40,597 nucleotides of DNA, from the IMG/VR virus record IMGVR_UViG_3300029156_000007, positions 1 through 40,597 of that record; one strand, 5' to 3'. The notes under the pieces are model-generated. The model saw only the letters and a list, made by a program, of their open reading frames with translations. It made no database searches and had not been told where the DNA came from. Position numbers and translations under genes: made by a program. The DNA comes from a virus. Taxonomy: Duplodnaviria > Caudoviricetes. Below are positions 16,398 through 23,867 of the stretch, piece by piece (the stretch's first letter is position 1; every line of letters starts with the position of its first letter).

Positions 16398-16603
16398 TCC
16401 CCATCCCCCACGACATATGGGACTACAACACAGCGTACGCCGCCGCTGAAGCCGCCGGAACTGAGATCGACGTTTACATGCGCGGTGGTGGCATGGGCGT
16501 CCGGGTGCTGGATGACGACAAGCTACAGGCATGGGTTGACGAGTACGTGAGCCGGTGCATTGACAAGATTAAAGGCGAAGGCCCGGAGGTAATGGAAGGA
16601 TGA
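16394..16603 (+). CDS. Hypothetical protein
   Basis: Start reassigned to the ATGA overlap (MIPIPHDIWDY). Confidence 0.55.
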   Translation: MIPIPHDIWDYNTAYAAAEAAGTEIDVYMRGGGMGVRVLDDDKLQAWVDEYVSRCIDKIKGEGPEVMEG

Positions 16604-16842
16604 ATATAGACTTTGATAGGCTGAGAGAAATTATCGAGTGGACAGAGAGAGAATACCTGTGCACCAGCAGGGTTGCTAAACGGGCTGCGCTGGACTTTTG
16701 CCGCAACCCAGATGATACGGAAAAGCGATACGAAGCCATTGCCGCCAATAAGGAGTCGATTGTGTGGCAAGGTGTATGGGAAGCACTTGAGGCGCTATAT
16801 CCACAATCAACAACCGCCAGCGGCGGGGAGCGTGAAGGATGA
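16600..16842 (+). CDS. Hypothetical protein
   Basis: ATGA-coupled. Confidence 0.55.
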   Translation: MNIDFDRLREIIEWTEREYLCTSRVAKRAALDFCRNPDDTEKRYEAIAANKESIVWQGVWEALEALYPQSTTASGGEREG

Positions 16843-17201
16843 ACGTACACAGCATGTACTCCTACTTGCACAGCATCATTTTCAATCATACGCCAGCCGA
16901 AAAGTTGAATGAAGCATTAAGCGTGCTCAACAAGGCCAAGGCAGCGCACATGGACGCCCTGCAACCCTCCCCCGCCCCGGCGTGGCAGCCTATTGCGACG
17001 GCTCCGAAGGATGGGACTATTCTTGGCTTCACGGATATGGGTTGGGTCGTGGCTTGTCGATGGCGAGATGATGACGAATGGAGCGGCGGCGGCGTATGGA
17101 TCGCCGCACACGGACACGTGACGCTCACCCACTGGCAACCCCTGCCAGCCCCGCCAGCGGATGAGGTGGACACCGGCAAGGCTGCGGAGGTGACGGGATG
17201 A
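16839..17201 (+). CDS. DUF551-like phage protein
   Basis: WQPIATAPKDGT…THWQPLPAPP. Confidence 0.75.
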   Translation: MNVHSMYSYLHSIIFNHTPAEKLNEALSVLNKAKAAHMDALQPSPAPAWQPIATAPKDGTILGFTDMGWVVACRWRDDDEWSGGGVWIAAHGHVTLTHWQPLPAPPADEVDTGKAAEVTG

Positions 17202-17500
17202 TACACTTTGGAGATATTGACGCATACACAGCACGCATCGAAGCCGAAGCCAGATCCACCCTCCTTGTCGATGTGCTGGCTGTGGTGGATGGGCTGAGTG
17301 ATGAGGCACAGCACGACGGGAGGCTTGACAGTCGAGACAAGGAGGCTATCCTGTATCTACTCAAGGGGCTACGCACCCGCCTTGCCGCGCTTAACCAAAA
17401 GGACAAGCCAAAACCAGAAGGTGAAACCGTGAACGAATATGCAGAAGGTAACATCGTGGTCACAGAGGACCCGGACGAGGATAAGGCGCTGAAACGATAA
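17198..17500 (+). CDS. Hypothetical protein
   Basis: GGAGG RBS; ATGA-coupled. Confidence 0.55.
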   Translation: MIHFGDIDAYTARIEAEARSTLLVDVLAVVDGLSDEAQHDGRLDSRDKEAILYLLKGLRTRLAALNQKDKPKPEGETVNEYAEGNIVVTEDPDEDKALKR

Positions 17501-17557
17501 CCACTCCCCCGCCCTCCGACATGGCTGGTGTGGGGGTTGAACTTGAGAGGTGAAACG

Positions 17558-17920
17558 ATGGGTACCAATTACTACATCAGAACAAAAGTGCCGCCACCCT
17601 GCGAATGCTGCAAGCGCCCATACGAGGCGGCTGAACTGCATATCGGCAAGTCATCGGCGGGATGGAAGTTTAACTTTCGCGGCTATGATGGCCGGGACGC
17701 CGACGACTTGCCGTGCGGCATTATTAGCACAGCTAAAAGGTGGAGAGAGATAACAAGCCAGTTCCAGATCGCAGACGAGTACGATAGGATCGTGCCACAT
17801 GACAAGTTCTGGAAAATGGTCGAATCGAAGCAAGATGGATTTAGCGTGAGCGAAGCGGAACCGGCATACTTTGAAAAGGACCTTGATGGATATGAGTTTT
17901 CATTCCGTGAGTTCAGCTAA
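17558..17920 (+). CDS. Conserved phage hypothetical protein with Cys motif
   Basis: MGTNYY…CECC…LHIGKSSAGWKFNF…EFS; GAGG RBS. Confidence 0.7.
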   Translation: MGTNYYIRTKVPPPCECCKRPYEAAELHIGKSSAGWKFNFRGYDGRDADDLPCGIISTAKRWREITSQFQIADEYDRIVPHDKFWKMVESKQDGFSVSEAEPAYFEKDLDGYEFSFREFS

Positions 17921-17923
17921 GAC

Positions 17924-17960
17924 AAAAACAGCCGCCCCACCCCGGAGGATGAAGCGGCTT
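17924..17960. terminator. Terminator between convergent early and late arms
   Basis: AAAAACAGCCGC…GCGGCTT. Confidence 0.55.
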
Positions 17961-17963
17961 GAT

Positions 17964-18182
17964 TCAGGCTTTGGCCTTTTGGCGTTTCCTGCGCTCTCGG
18001 TTCCTAACCCTTGCGCCGTGCGTGTCATTGAGGTACATCTTTCCCGCCATCCTGTCTTCTGCTGGTATCTCCTCATTACACCCGCACTGGCAATGCGTGT
18101 AAACCTTCCCCCTCTTCTTTCGCCTTTTGGCTTGCGGCTTACGCGGTTTCTCTACCAGAGTCGAAACCGTCTGCGCTGTGCT
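17964..18182 (-). CDS. Start-less -1-frame extension of the 4-TM protein: basic CxCGC domain
   Basis: STAQTVSTLVEKPRKPQAKRRKKRGKVYTHCQCGCNEEIPAEDRMAGKMYLNDTHGARVRNRERRKRQKAKA*; entered at A-AAA-AAA (18188-18182). Confidence 0.6.
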   Translation of the reverse strand, partial: STAQTVSTLVEKPRKPQAKRRKKRGKVYTHCQCGCNEEIPAEDRMAGKMYLNDTHGARVRNRERRKRQKAKA

Positions 18183-19123
18183 TTTTTTACCGGCTCTGCT
18201 TTTCGTGCCGTGCTCTTGGATCGCTTTTTCTTCCCCCCGCTTTCGTAGCTCTGGATGTGCGTACCAAGTTCCTCGTGCTTATCCCCTGCCAGTGCCCACG
18301 CCTGTTGGAGCGTGATGCTCCAGCCGCGTACAACAGAGAAAATAGCAGTTAGCACGCTCAACTTGGTACGTGCCGCCCACGCAGCGAAGGCACCCATCTT
18401 CTCTGCTCTTGCTTCTGCCTTTGCCTTGCGCTCAGGCAATCGAACTTCCCGCAGTGCCTTGTTATGCTCCGTCCTGGTATTCAATGCGTTTAGTTTTCGG
18501 CTCCGCATTTCGTCCGGCTTCATAAGAACGAGTATCATCGTTGCAAGGAAGTACACGCCAAGGCAGATAGGCCCAATGAACTTTATATAGAAGATCGCTA
18601 GATCCGTATCAAACTTGGCTGGCATCGCCGTTACTTCTTCCCATGTGATGAGCAGAAGCATTGCTATTGCTAGGAACTTAGAGAAGCCGATAAACGCCCC
18701 TGCCCTAAGCCCCTTAAATAGCTTGTTAGCGAAGAACAACCCGTAGCACATACTTGCAACCGTACCGGCTCCAAGTATAAAGTTTACCAGGTCGTTCTCT
18801 ACCACTCGTGTAGTAAGTGTGATCTGCAAGCCGAAGCCAACCGATATAAGGCCGATCAACCATAGGCCCCACGTCTTCAGGCTCACGAAGCCCTCAAACA
18901 TAGTATTGATCTCTCCCCTGCTGGACTCGGAGAAGCTCCGCGCCGTATCGTGAACGGTTACGGGTTCGGCCTTGACCGGCTCTGGTTTCCTTGAGCTTGC
19001 TGTTACGGGCTTCTGGGGTTTGCCTGCAACCTGGTTGGCTAAAACTTTGTGCCGGGGAACGATACGGGGTGCTTGGTCGCTGGCCGTAGCAGCGCCATCC
19101 CCGCTGACGTTTCGGTGTGACAT
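18152..19123 (-). CDS. Four-TM membrane protein with basic C-terminus
   Basis: Four hydrophobic helices in the middle; GAGG RBS 6 nt before the ATG at 19123. Confidence 0.75.
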   Translation of the reverse strand: MSHRNVSGDGAATASDQAPRIVPRHKVLANQVAGKPQKPVTASSRKPEPVKAEPVTVHDTARSFSESSRGEINTMFEGFVSLKTWGLWLIGLISVGFGLQITLTTRVVENDLVNFILGAGTVASMCYGLFFANKLFKGLRAGAFIGFSKFLAIAMLLLITWEEVTAMPAKFDTDLAIFYIKFIGPICLGVYFLATMILVLMKPDEMRSRKLNALNTRTEHNKALREVRLPERKAKAEARAEKMGAFAAWAARTKLSVLTAIFSVVRGWSITLQQAWALAGDKHEELGTHIQSYESGGKKKRSKSTARKAEPVKKAQRRRFRLW

Positions 19124-19306
19124 AAAAAACCTCACTAGAGATTCCCGCCCCCGTGACCCGTGCCGCTAAGGAAAGCGCTGAACCGTATCCCGGTAGCTTG
19201 CCGGGTAGAGGGTGCAGAAGATCAACGAGATGCGGGAAGTTCTTAGATTCGTATAGTTACGGGGTGCGTTATCCCATCGTAACCATTTCCTTTTTGCACG
19301 AATCCT

Positions 19307-19336
19307 TAAGATAAGGCTAAATGCAGCTAGTTCAAA
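19307..19336 (-). promoter_or_regulatory. Conserved leftward promoter-like motif, copy 2
   Basis: Minus strand TTTGAACTA-N14-TATCTTA. Confidence 0.55.
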
Positions 19337-19460
19337 CTCGTATCGGTCTCGTATCGCTGGCAGGTGTAGACCGTATCGCAAAACAAGCGCCAACCCGCCC
19401 CACATTTCTTGGGGGTCTGACTTCCCGATCCGTGCAGAGCAGGCGGCTCAATACGTTACG

Positions 19461-19721
19461 CTATAGCATCCGGGCGAACAGCAACAAAGCTGTAACAAGT
19501 ACAGCGATGATGAGCGACCAGCCGAGAAAGAATAGATCGCTATTACGTTGGCTCATAATAGTAGGCTGTTGCGTCCTCACGTAACGGGCGTATCTCTGCC
19601 GGGCATAGTGAACCGATACGCGCTGCCTTCCGGCTGGCGTTACCTCGTGGCACTCGTTGCCGCGTATCTCGTAGCGTGTGTGGGTGCCGATAGTGAGTGT
19701 GATGTGGTCGCCATGTGTCAA
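19461..19721 (-). CDS. Hypothetical protein with C-terminal TM helix
   Basis: LFFLGWSLIIAVLVTALLLF; TTG start. Confidence 0.5.
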   Translation of the reverse strand: MTHGDHITLTIGTHTRYEIRGNECHEVTPAGRQRVSVHYARQRYARYVRTQQPTIMSQRNSDLFFLGWSLIIAVLVTALLLFARML

Positions 19722-19756
19722 GGGTCGGTACGCTTGTTAGGGCGCGTTGGTGGTAC

Positions 19757-20737
19757 TTATGCGGCTTGTGCGAAAATGTCTAACTGATTCTTGAGGCAAT
19801 AGGGGCTAAACCAGATGCATTCACGTTTTGCGTTCTCTCTGCCTTCGCCGTCCGATTGCGACCCGTATCCGCCAGCCGTTTTCCATCTGTAGCATTCCCA
19901 TGAGTCCGGCATATCAACCGCACCGATGTAGCCACAGAAGGCAATACGCATCGCGGGGTTAGATCCGTTCTCTATAGCCCACGCCGCAACGTCCTGGGCT
20001 ATGTCCGTGTCGTTGCCTCCGGCGCTGTAGTTCATCGCACCTTCGCCATAGGGTGGATCAAGGAAGATCCCGGTAAGGCCGTGTCGGTGCGTCACTGACG
20101 GAGTGAGCACGCGGGACCAATCGCCGCAGGCAATACGCACATCACGAAGCCGGTTCGATAGCGCATCCATATACTCACGTATGTATCGCCCCCTGCCATT
20201 GTCCCCAAGGTGGGGGAGCTTCCGGTTAAGCCCCCTGCCATTGTTCCCAAGGTGGGGGAGCTTCCGGTTAAGCCCCCTGCCATTGTTCCCAAGGTGGGGG
20301 AGCTGCTCTGATGGGTTTGCACACCACCCGCCACCGATCCACGAGCACGCGCCCCAAACCCACCAGCCTGCAATCTTTACATCGTAGAAGCCGGGATTTT
20401 GGCGCATCTTGTCCTTTAGCGCCATCCCTTCAGATAAAAGCCAGTCATGCCGGGAAAGAATGTCTATCTCTGACACCGGGTAATCGGCGTGCATGGCTAC
20501 GGCTTCCGGGTCATGCCTGACGGCACGCCAGAAGTTTGACAGGTAGCAGTCCAGATCGTTTACGGTCTCGGTGTTGTGCATTGACGGGCGCGACAGAAGC
20601 ACGGCAAGCGAACCGGCAAGCGGCTCCACGTAGTTTTTCACATCGCCAAGACGCGCCCACACTTCAGATGCAACGCGGCTTTTTCCGCCGAAATAGGGGA
20701 ATGGTGCCTTTAGATATTTTCGATCTATCGCTTGCAT
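19757..20737 (-). CDS. Dam-like DNA adenine methyltransferase with internal tandem repeats
   Basis: PFPYFGGK…YVEP…GSLAV…NDLD…FLDPPY; (LPHLGNNGRGLNRK)n insert. Confidence 0.88.
   Translation of the reverse strand: MQAIDRKYLKAPFPYFGGKSRVASEVWARLGDVKNYVEPLAGSLAVLLSRPSMHNTETVNDLDCYLSNFWRAVRHDPEAVAMHADYPVSEIDILSRHDWLLSEGMALKDKMRQNPGFYDVKIAGWWVWGACSWIGGGWCANPSEQLPHLGNNGRGLNRKLPHLGNNGRGLNRKLPHLGDNGRGRYIREYMDALSNRLRDVRIACGDWSRVLTPSVTHRHGLTGIFLDPPYGEGAMNYSAGGNDTDIAQDVAAWAIENGSNPAMRIAFCGYIGAVDMPDSWECYRWKTAGGYGSQSDGEGRENAKRECIWFSPYCLKNQLDIFAQAA
20188..20304. repeat. In-frame 42-bp tandem repeat, about 2.8 copies
   Basis: GCCCCCTGCCATTGT(C/T)CCCAAGGTGGGGGAGCTTCCGGTTAA units starting at 20188, 20230, 20272. 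Confidence 0.95.
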
Positions 20738-20844
20738 CAGTCGTGTATATGCGGCTCTGCCTTTTTCAGTAGGTGCCAGAATGCGGCAATGGCTGCAATC
20801 AGTAGCAGCCAGCTAGTAACGATATATATCCAGAGTCCAGTCAT
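20737..20844 (-). CDS. 35-aa single-TM micropeptide
   Basis: MTGLWIYIVTSWLLLIAAIAAFWHLLKKAEPHIHD; TGATG-coupled at both ends. Confidence 0.6.
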   Translation of the reverse strand: MTGLWIYIVTSWLLLIAAIAAFWHLLKKAEPHIHD

Positions 20845-20954
20845 CAGGGGGAGGGTTTAGTGTTCTTAATTTGCCATAGTAGCCCCAGGATGGCGGCTGC
20901 TAGCATTGGGATTGAGAGGAAGGCCGCTACAGCCTCTAGATCGTTCGGATTCAT
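20844..20954 (-). CDS. 36-aa single-TM micropeptide
   Basis: MNPNDLEAVAAFLSIPMLAAAILGLLWQIKNTKPSP; TGATG-coupled downstream. Confidence 0.55.
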   Translation of the reverse strand: MNPNDLEAVAAFLSIPMLAAAILGLLWQIKNTKPSP

Positions 20955-21143
20955 TTATCAGGTGTAGGTTGGTGGCAGCCCAACCGAAACAGACAAACAG
21001 GAACCCGGTGATAAGCATCTTTAGTAGCAGATATTCAGGCATGAGAGTTGCAGTATGTATGGTCAGACGCGATGTTAGAAAGGGCGGCCCCGTCCCTGAC
21101 TTTTGCCCAACGGACGCCGCTGGTAGGGCAGGGGCCGTTTTGT

Positions 21144-21446
21144 CTACTGTGTAGAATCTGGCAGGGGCTTGTAATTCATCATTAGATGAGCCTCCAATAC
21201 AGCCACCTTGACCTCTAGCTCCTGTATCCTGTCGCGTGCCGTGGTGTGCGCGTCAAGGCTTTCATGCTGTATCAGACGCTCTTCCAAGCTCGATAGCTCG
21301 TTGTCAATCAGGATGGGAAAAAACACAAATGCAGCCACAGACAGAACAGTGAATAACACAACGCCAACAACGATAGAGTTATAAGTCATTGTTTGCGCCG
21401 TCTTGGATGAACTACCGTTTGGGTGATCTTTAAGCATCTTTTTCAT
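21144..21446 (-). CDS. Single-TM coiled-coil protein (lysis/spanin-like candidate)
   Basis: One TM helix followed by a coiled coil; overlaps the upstream holin-like gene. Confidence 0.5.
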   Translation of the reverse strand: MKKMLKDHPNGSSSKTAQTMTYNSIVVGVVLFTVLSVAAFVFFPILIDNELSSLEERLIQHESLDAHTTARDRIQELEVKVAVLEAHLMMNYKPLPDSTQ

Positions 21447-21741
21447 GTTTCTTGCCTAGTGCTATTTCGCGCCAGTACTTGGCGTCGTCTAGCGCTTCCT
21501 TTAGCTGATTATCCTGCAAGTCCTCAAGTCGCTTTTCCTTTCGCTGTAGATAGCGAACGAGAAACCACACCGTAACCACAGCGAATGCAAGCGCACCCAA
21601 TGGGCCTAGTATTTGAGACAGCAAGCCTTCATTGACGGACTGCGGCATTGATATCCTCAGCAGGGCGACAAACGCCCCGGACATGAATACCAGCACCGCC
21701 ATTGAGACTTGTATTGCGGATGTTACTACCGTATGAACCAT
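21430..21741 (-). CDS. Holin-like membrane protein
   Basis: Two hydrophobic helices and a charged C-terminus. Confidence 0.5.
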   Translation of the reverse strand: MVHTVVTSAIQVSMAVLVFMSGAFVALLRISMPQSVNEGLLSQILGPLGALAFAVVTVWFLVRYLQRKEKRLEDLQDNQLKEALDDAKYWREIALGKKHEKDA

Positions 21742-21777
21742 TTAGCCAGAGTTGTAGGGGTACTGTGTCAGACGTTT

Positions 21778-21799
21778 AAGAAAGCCCCAAATAGGGGCC
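21778..21799 (-). terminator. Intrinsic terminator
   Basis: Minus strand GGCCCC-TATTT-GGGGCT-TTCTT after the beta-helix gene. Confidence 0.55.
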
Positions 21800-21810
21800 G
21801 GGGTCGGTTG

Positions 21811-23274
21811 TTAAACCTTTGTTACTGATTCGATGTGATTGCCGTGATTCATCCAGCCATAGAAGCCTACAGGTTTTGCGCCTTTCGCTATGGCATCGTG
21901 AATGCGATTTGCCGGGAATGTCTCCAGGTAGAAGTCTTTAGTGAAGCTGCGGCCTGTCATGACCGTGAATCGGTTGTTTAGCGAAGCCCCCCGATTTTCA
22001 TGCACCTTGAACAGAAACGCGTTGTAGCAGCCTTCAGCGTGCATCGTGTCAAACGTGTTGTTGTGAACGGACGCCTGCCAGACAATACCATCTTGCCGCG
22101 TGTTGGTCTGCATCGGGACGGGGTAGGGGCGAACGCCCTCGACCCTGATATTCTTGGCAATGCCATCATAAAAGCCAAGCTCGAACATGACGCCAGCGGC
22201 TAGGGCGTCTTTAACCAGCACGCCATCAACATCAGCACCCCGGTTGTTGATATCGAACCACAGGCCGGGGCCGTTGTCGTGTTCGCTCGTGTAGTCCCGT
22301 ACTGTCAGGTTCACGCCGCCTTTGCCTTCACCCCATGCGTTGACGATCTTCGTTCCACCGGCTTCCCATGCCGCGTTGAAGCCTTTACGGTTGCCGTAGC
22401 GGGACGTGCATCCGATGAAATACATGTCCGTGTACTGCCTGATAAGGTAGTTTAGCTGCCCGTTGCCTTCGCCTAAACAATCCTCAACGATTACATCTTT
22501 GCCCGTCAGCTCAAAGCCCGGCCCGGCTGAGTATTTGCAGGCAACGTTCTTTAGTTGCCAGCCGTCATTGGTCAGGATCGCGCCAGCTTTGCCGGTAGAT
22601 GCGGCGCCTAAGAACTCGATGCCCTCCACGGTTACATTCTTGCCCTTGCCATATAGCAAACGGGGATGGTGCGCATACGAGACCGATTCAACCGGCCCTT
22701 CATGCGCCATCAGGTACACGGCTACCGGCTTATCCGATGGGCCTTCCACGTAGAACTTGCCGGGGCCTACGTCCTCACGCCTGTACACCGGCTGCAACAT
22801 CTTGCCGTTGGCTATGAACTGCTCCGGGCGCATACGGTCACGGTGCCCTTGCCACGGCCCCTCATGCGTTGCGGGGTGGCGGGGGAGGTCGCGTGTGTAC
22901 GGCATGACGGTAACGCCGCTTTCAATGCGCGGGGCCGTCGTCAGCCGCTTGAATGCCTGTGATAAAACCTTGTGACCCGGCATAGCCTTTATGGTCACGT
23001 CATCCACATCACATACGATCTCACCACACTGCATTTCGCTTAGGGCGTACGTATATCCTTGCTGCCAGGCATCAGGTGCCGGGATCTGGTCCGGGCTGCT
23101 TATCATGATGACGCGATCCCCGATAGGGGGTAGAGGCTCCACAGGCGGCAACGGCTCCGGGATAGGCTCCGGCAATGGCTGCTGTGCCTCTAGCGCCTCG
23201 ATGCGCTTTGATAGCGACCCTGTAAGATCCATCAGGGCGTTGTATTCTGCTACTGTTGGGACTTGTTGCGGCAT
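21811..23274 (-). CDS. Right-handed beta-helix (pectin lyase-like) protein, candidate tailspike/depolymerase
   Basis: N-terminal coiled coil plus PEP linker; NVTVEGIEF, NGQL, WEAGGTKI, HDNGPGLWFDINN, AGVMFE repeats. Confidence 0.75.
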   Translation of the reverse strand: MPQQVPTVAEYNALMDLTGSLSKRIEALEAQQPLPEPIPEPLPPVEPLPPIGDRVIMISSPDQIPAPDAWQQGYTYALSEMQCGEIVCDVDDVTIKAMPGHKVLSQAFKRLTTAPRIESGVTVMPYTRDLPRHPATHEGPWQGHRDRMRPEQFIANGKMLQPVYRREDVGPGKFYVEGPSDKPVAVYLMAHEGPVESVSYAHHPRLLYGKGKNVTVEGIEFLGAASTGKAGAILTNDGWQLKNVACKYSAGPGFELTGKDVIVEDCLGEGNGQLNYLIRQYTDMYFIGCTSRYGNRKGFNAAWEAGGTKIVNAWGEGKGGVNLTVRDYTSEHDNGPGLWFDINNRGADVDGVLVKDALAAGVMFELGFYDGIAKNIRVEGVRPYPVPMQTNTRQDGIVWQASVHNNTFDTMHAEGCYNAFLFKVHENRGASLNNRFTVMTGRSFTKDFYLETFPANRIHDAIAKGAKPVGFYGWMNHGNHIESVTKV

Positions 23275-23410
23275 GTACGATCACCGTTGGATTTGCACCC
23301 TTAAGATAAGCAATTACAAGTACTTATAGAAATAACCCGCCGCCCTGAGATGCGTTGATGAAAGCCCCCGAAATCACACAAACACAGTCGGGGCGGCGGA
23401 TAGTCGTTGT

Positions 23411-23833
23411 CTACATGTCAGGCAAGGTATTGTCCAGATCAACGCCCATAACAGACGCCTTGTATTTCAGCTTTTCCTCTCTGGCTTCGTATTCAAGACC
23501 CTGCTTCGCATCCTTTGCACCCATGCCCACGAGTGACATGATGATAGCAATAAGACCGCCTAAGCGCTGCCAGAAGTGGATGCCGGTATCCTTGGCGTAT
23601 TCCACCGTCTCCTTGCCCGTCTCGATAAGCTCTTTGCCCTTGTCGATGATGACTACCGACGAGTCTAACCCTTCCTGGTACAGCTCCTGACCCGTCTCCA
23701 CGGCGTCAATAGCGCCTTGCTGCGCGTCGGGGCCGATCACACCCAAGAGGGAGAGGGCACCTAGTAGGGTTATGAAGTGGAGCTTCGTTGAGCGCTCCTG
23801 TAACCTATCCTTGATCCAATTGAGTACTTGCAT
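23411..23833 (-). CDS. Holin-like two-TM protein
   Basis: WIKDRLQERST…ITLLGALSLLG and a second TM; follows the tail genes. Confidence 0.55.
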   Translation of the reverse strand: MQVLNWIKDRLQERSTKLHFITLLGALSLLGVIGPDAQQGAIDAVETGQELYQEGLDSSVVIIDKGKELIETGKETVEYAKDTGIHFWQRLGGLIAIIMSLVGMGAKDAKQGLEYEAREEKLKYKASVMGVDLDNTLPDM

Positions 23834-23867
23834 GATTCAAGCCCGGTAGGGCGGTTGGTTAGAAAAG

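Noticed and set aside
20188-20304. 42-bp repeats as CRISPR or DGR template/variable repeats
   Set aside because: Contiguous in-frame coding repeats with no spacers; no reverse transcriptase in the window
23337-23399. Hammerhead-like words (TGATGA…GAAA…GTC) inside a GC stem
   Set aside because: No CUGANGA at the stem I junction and no pairing for stems II/III; more likely a terminator hairpin
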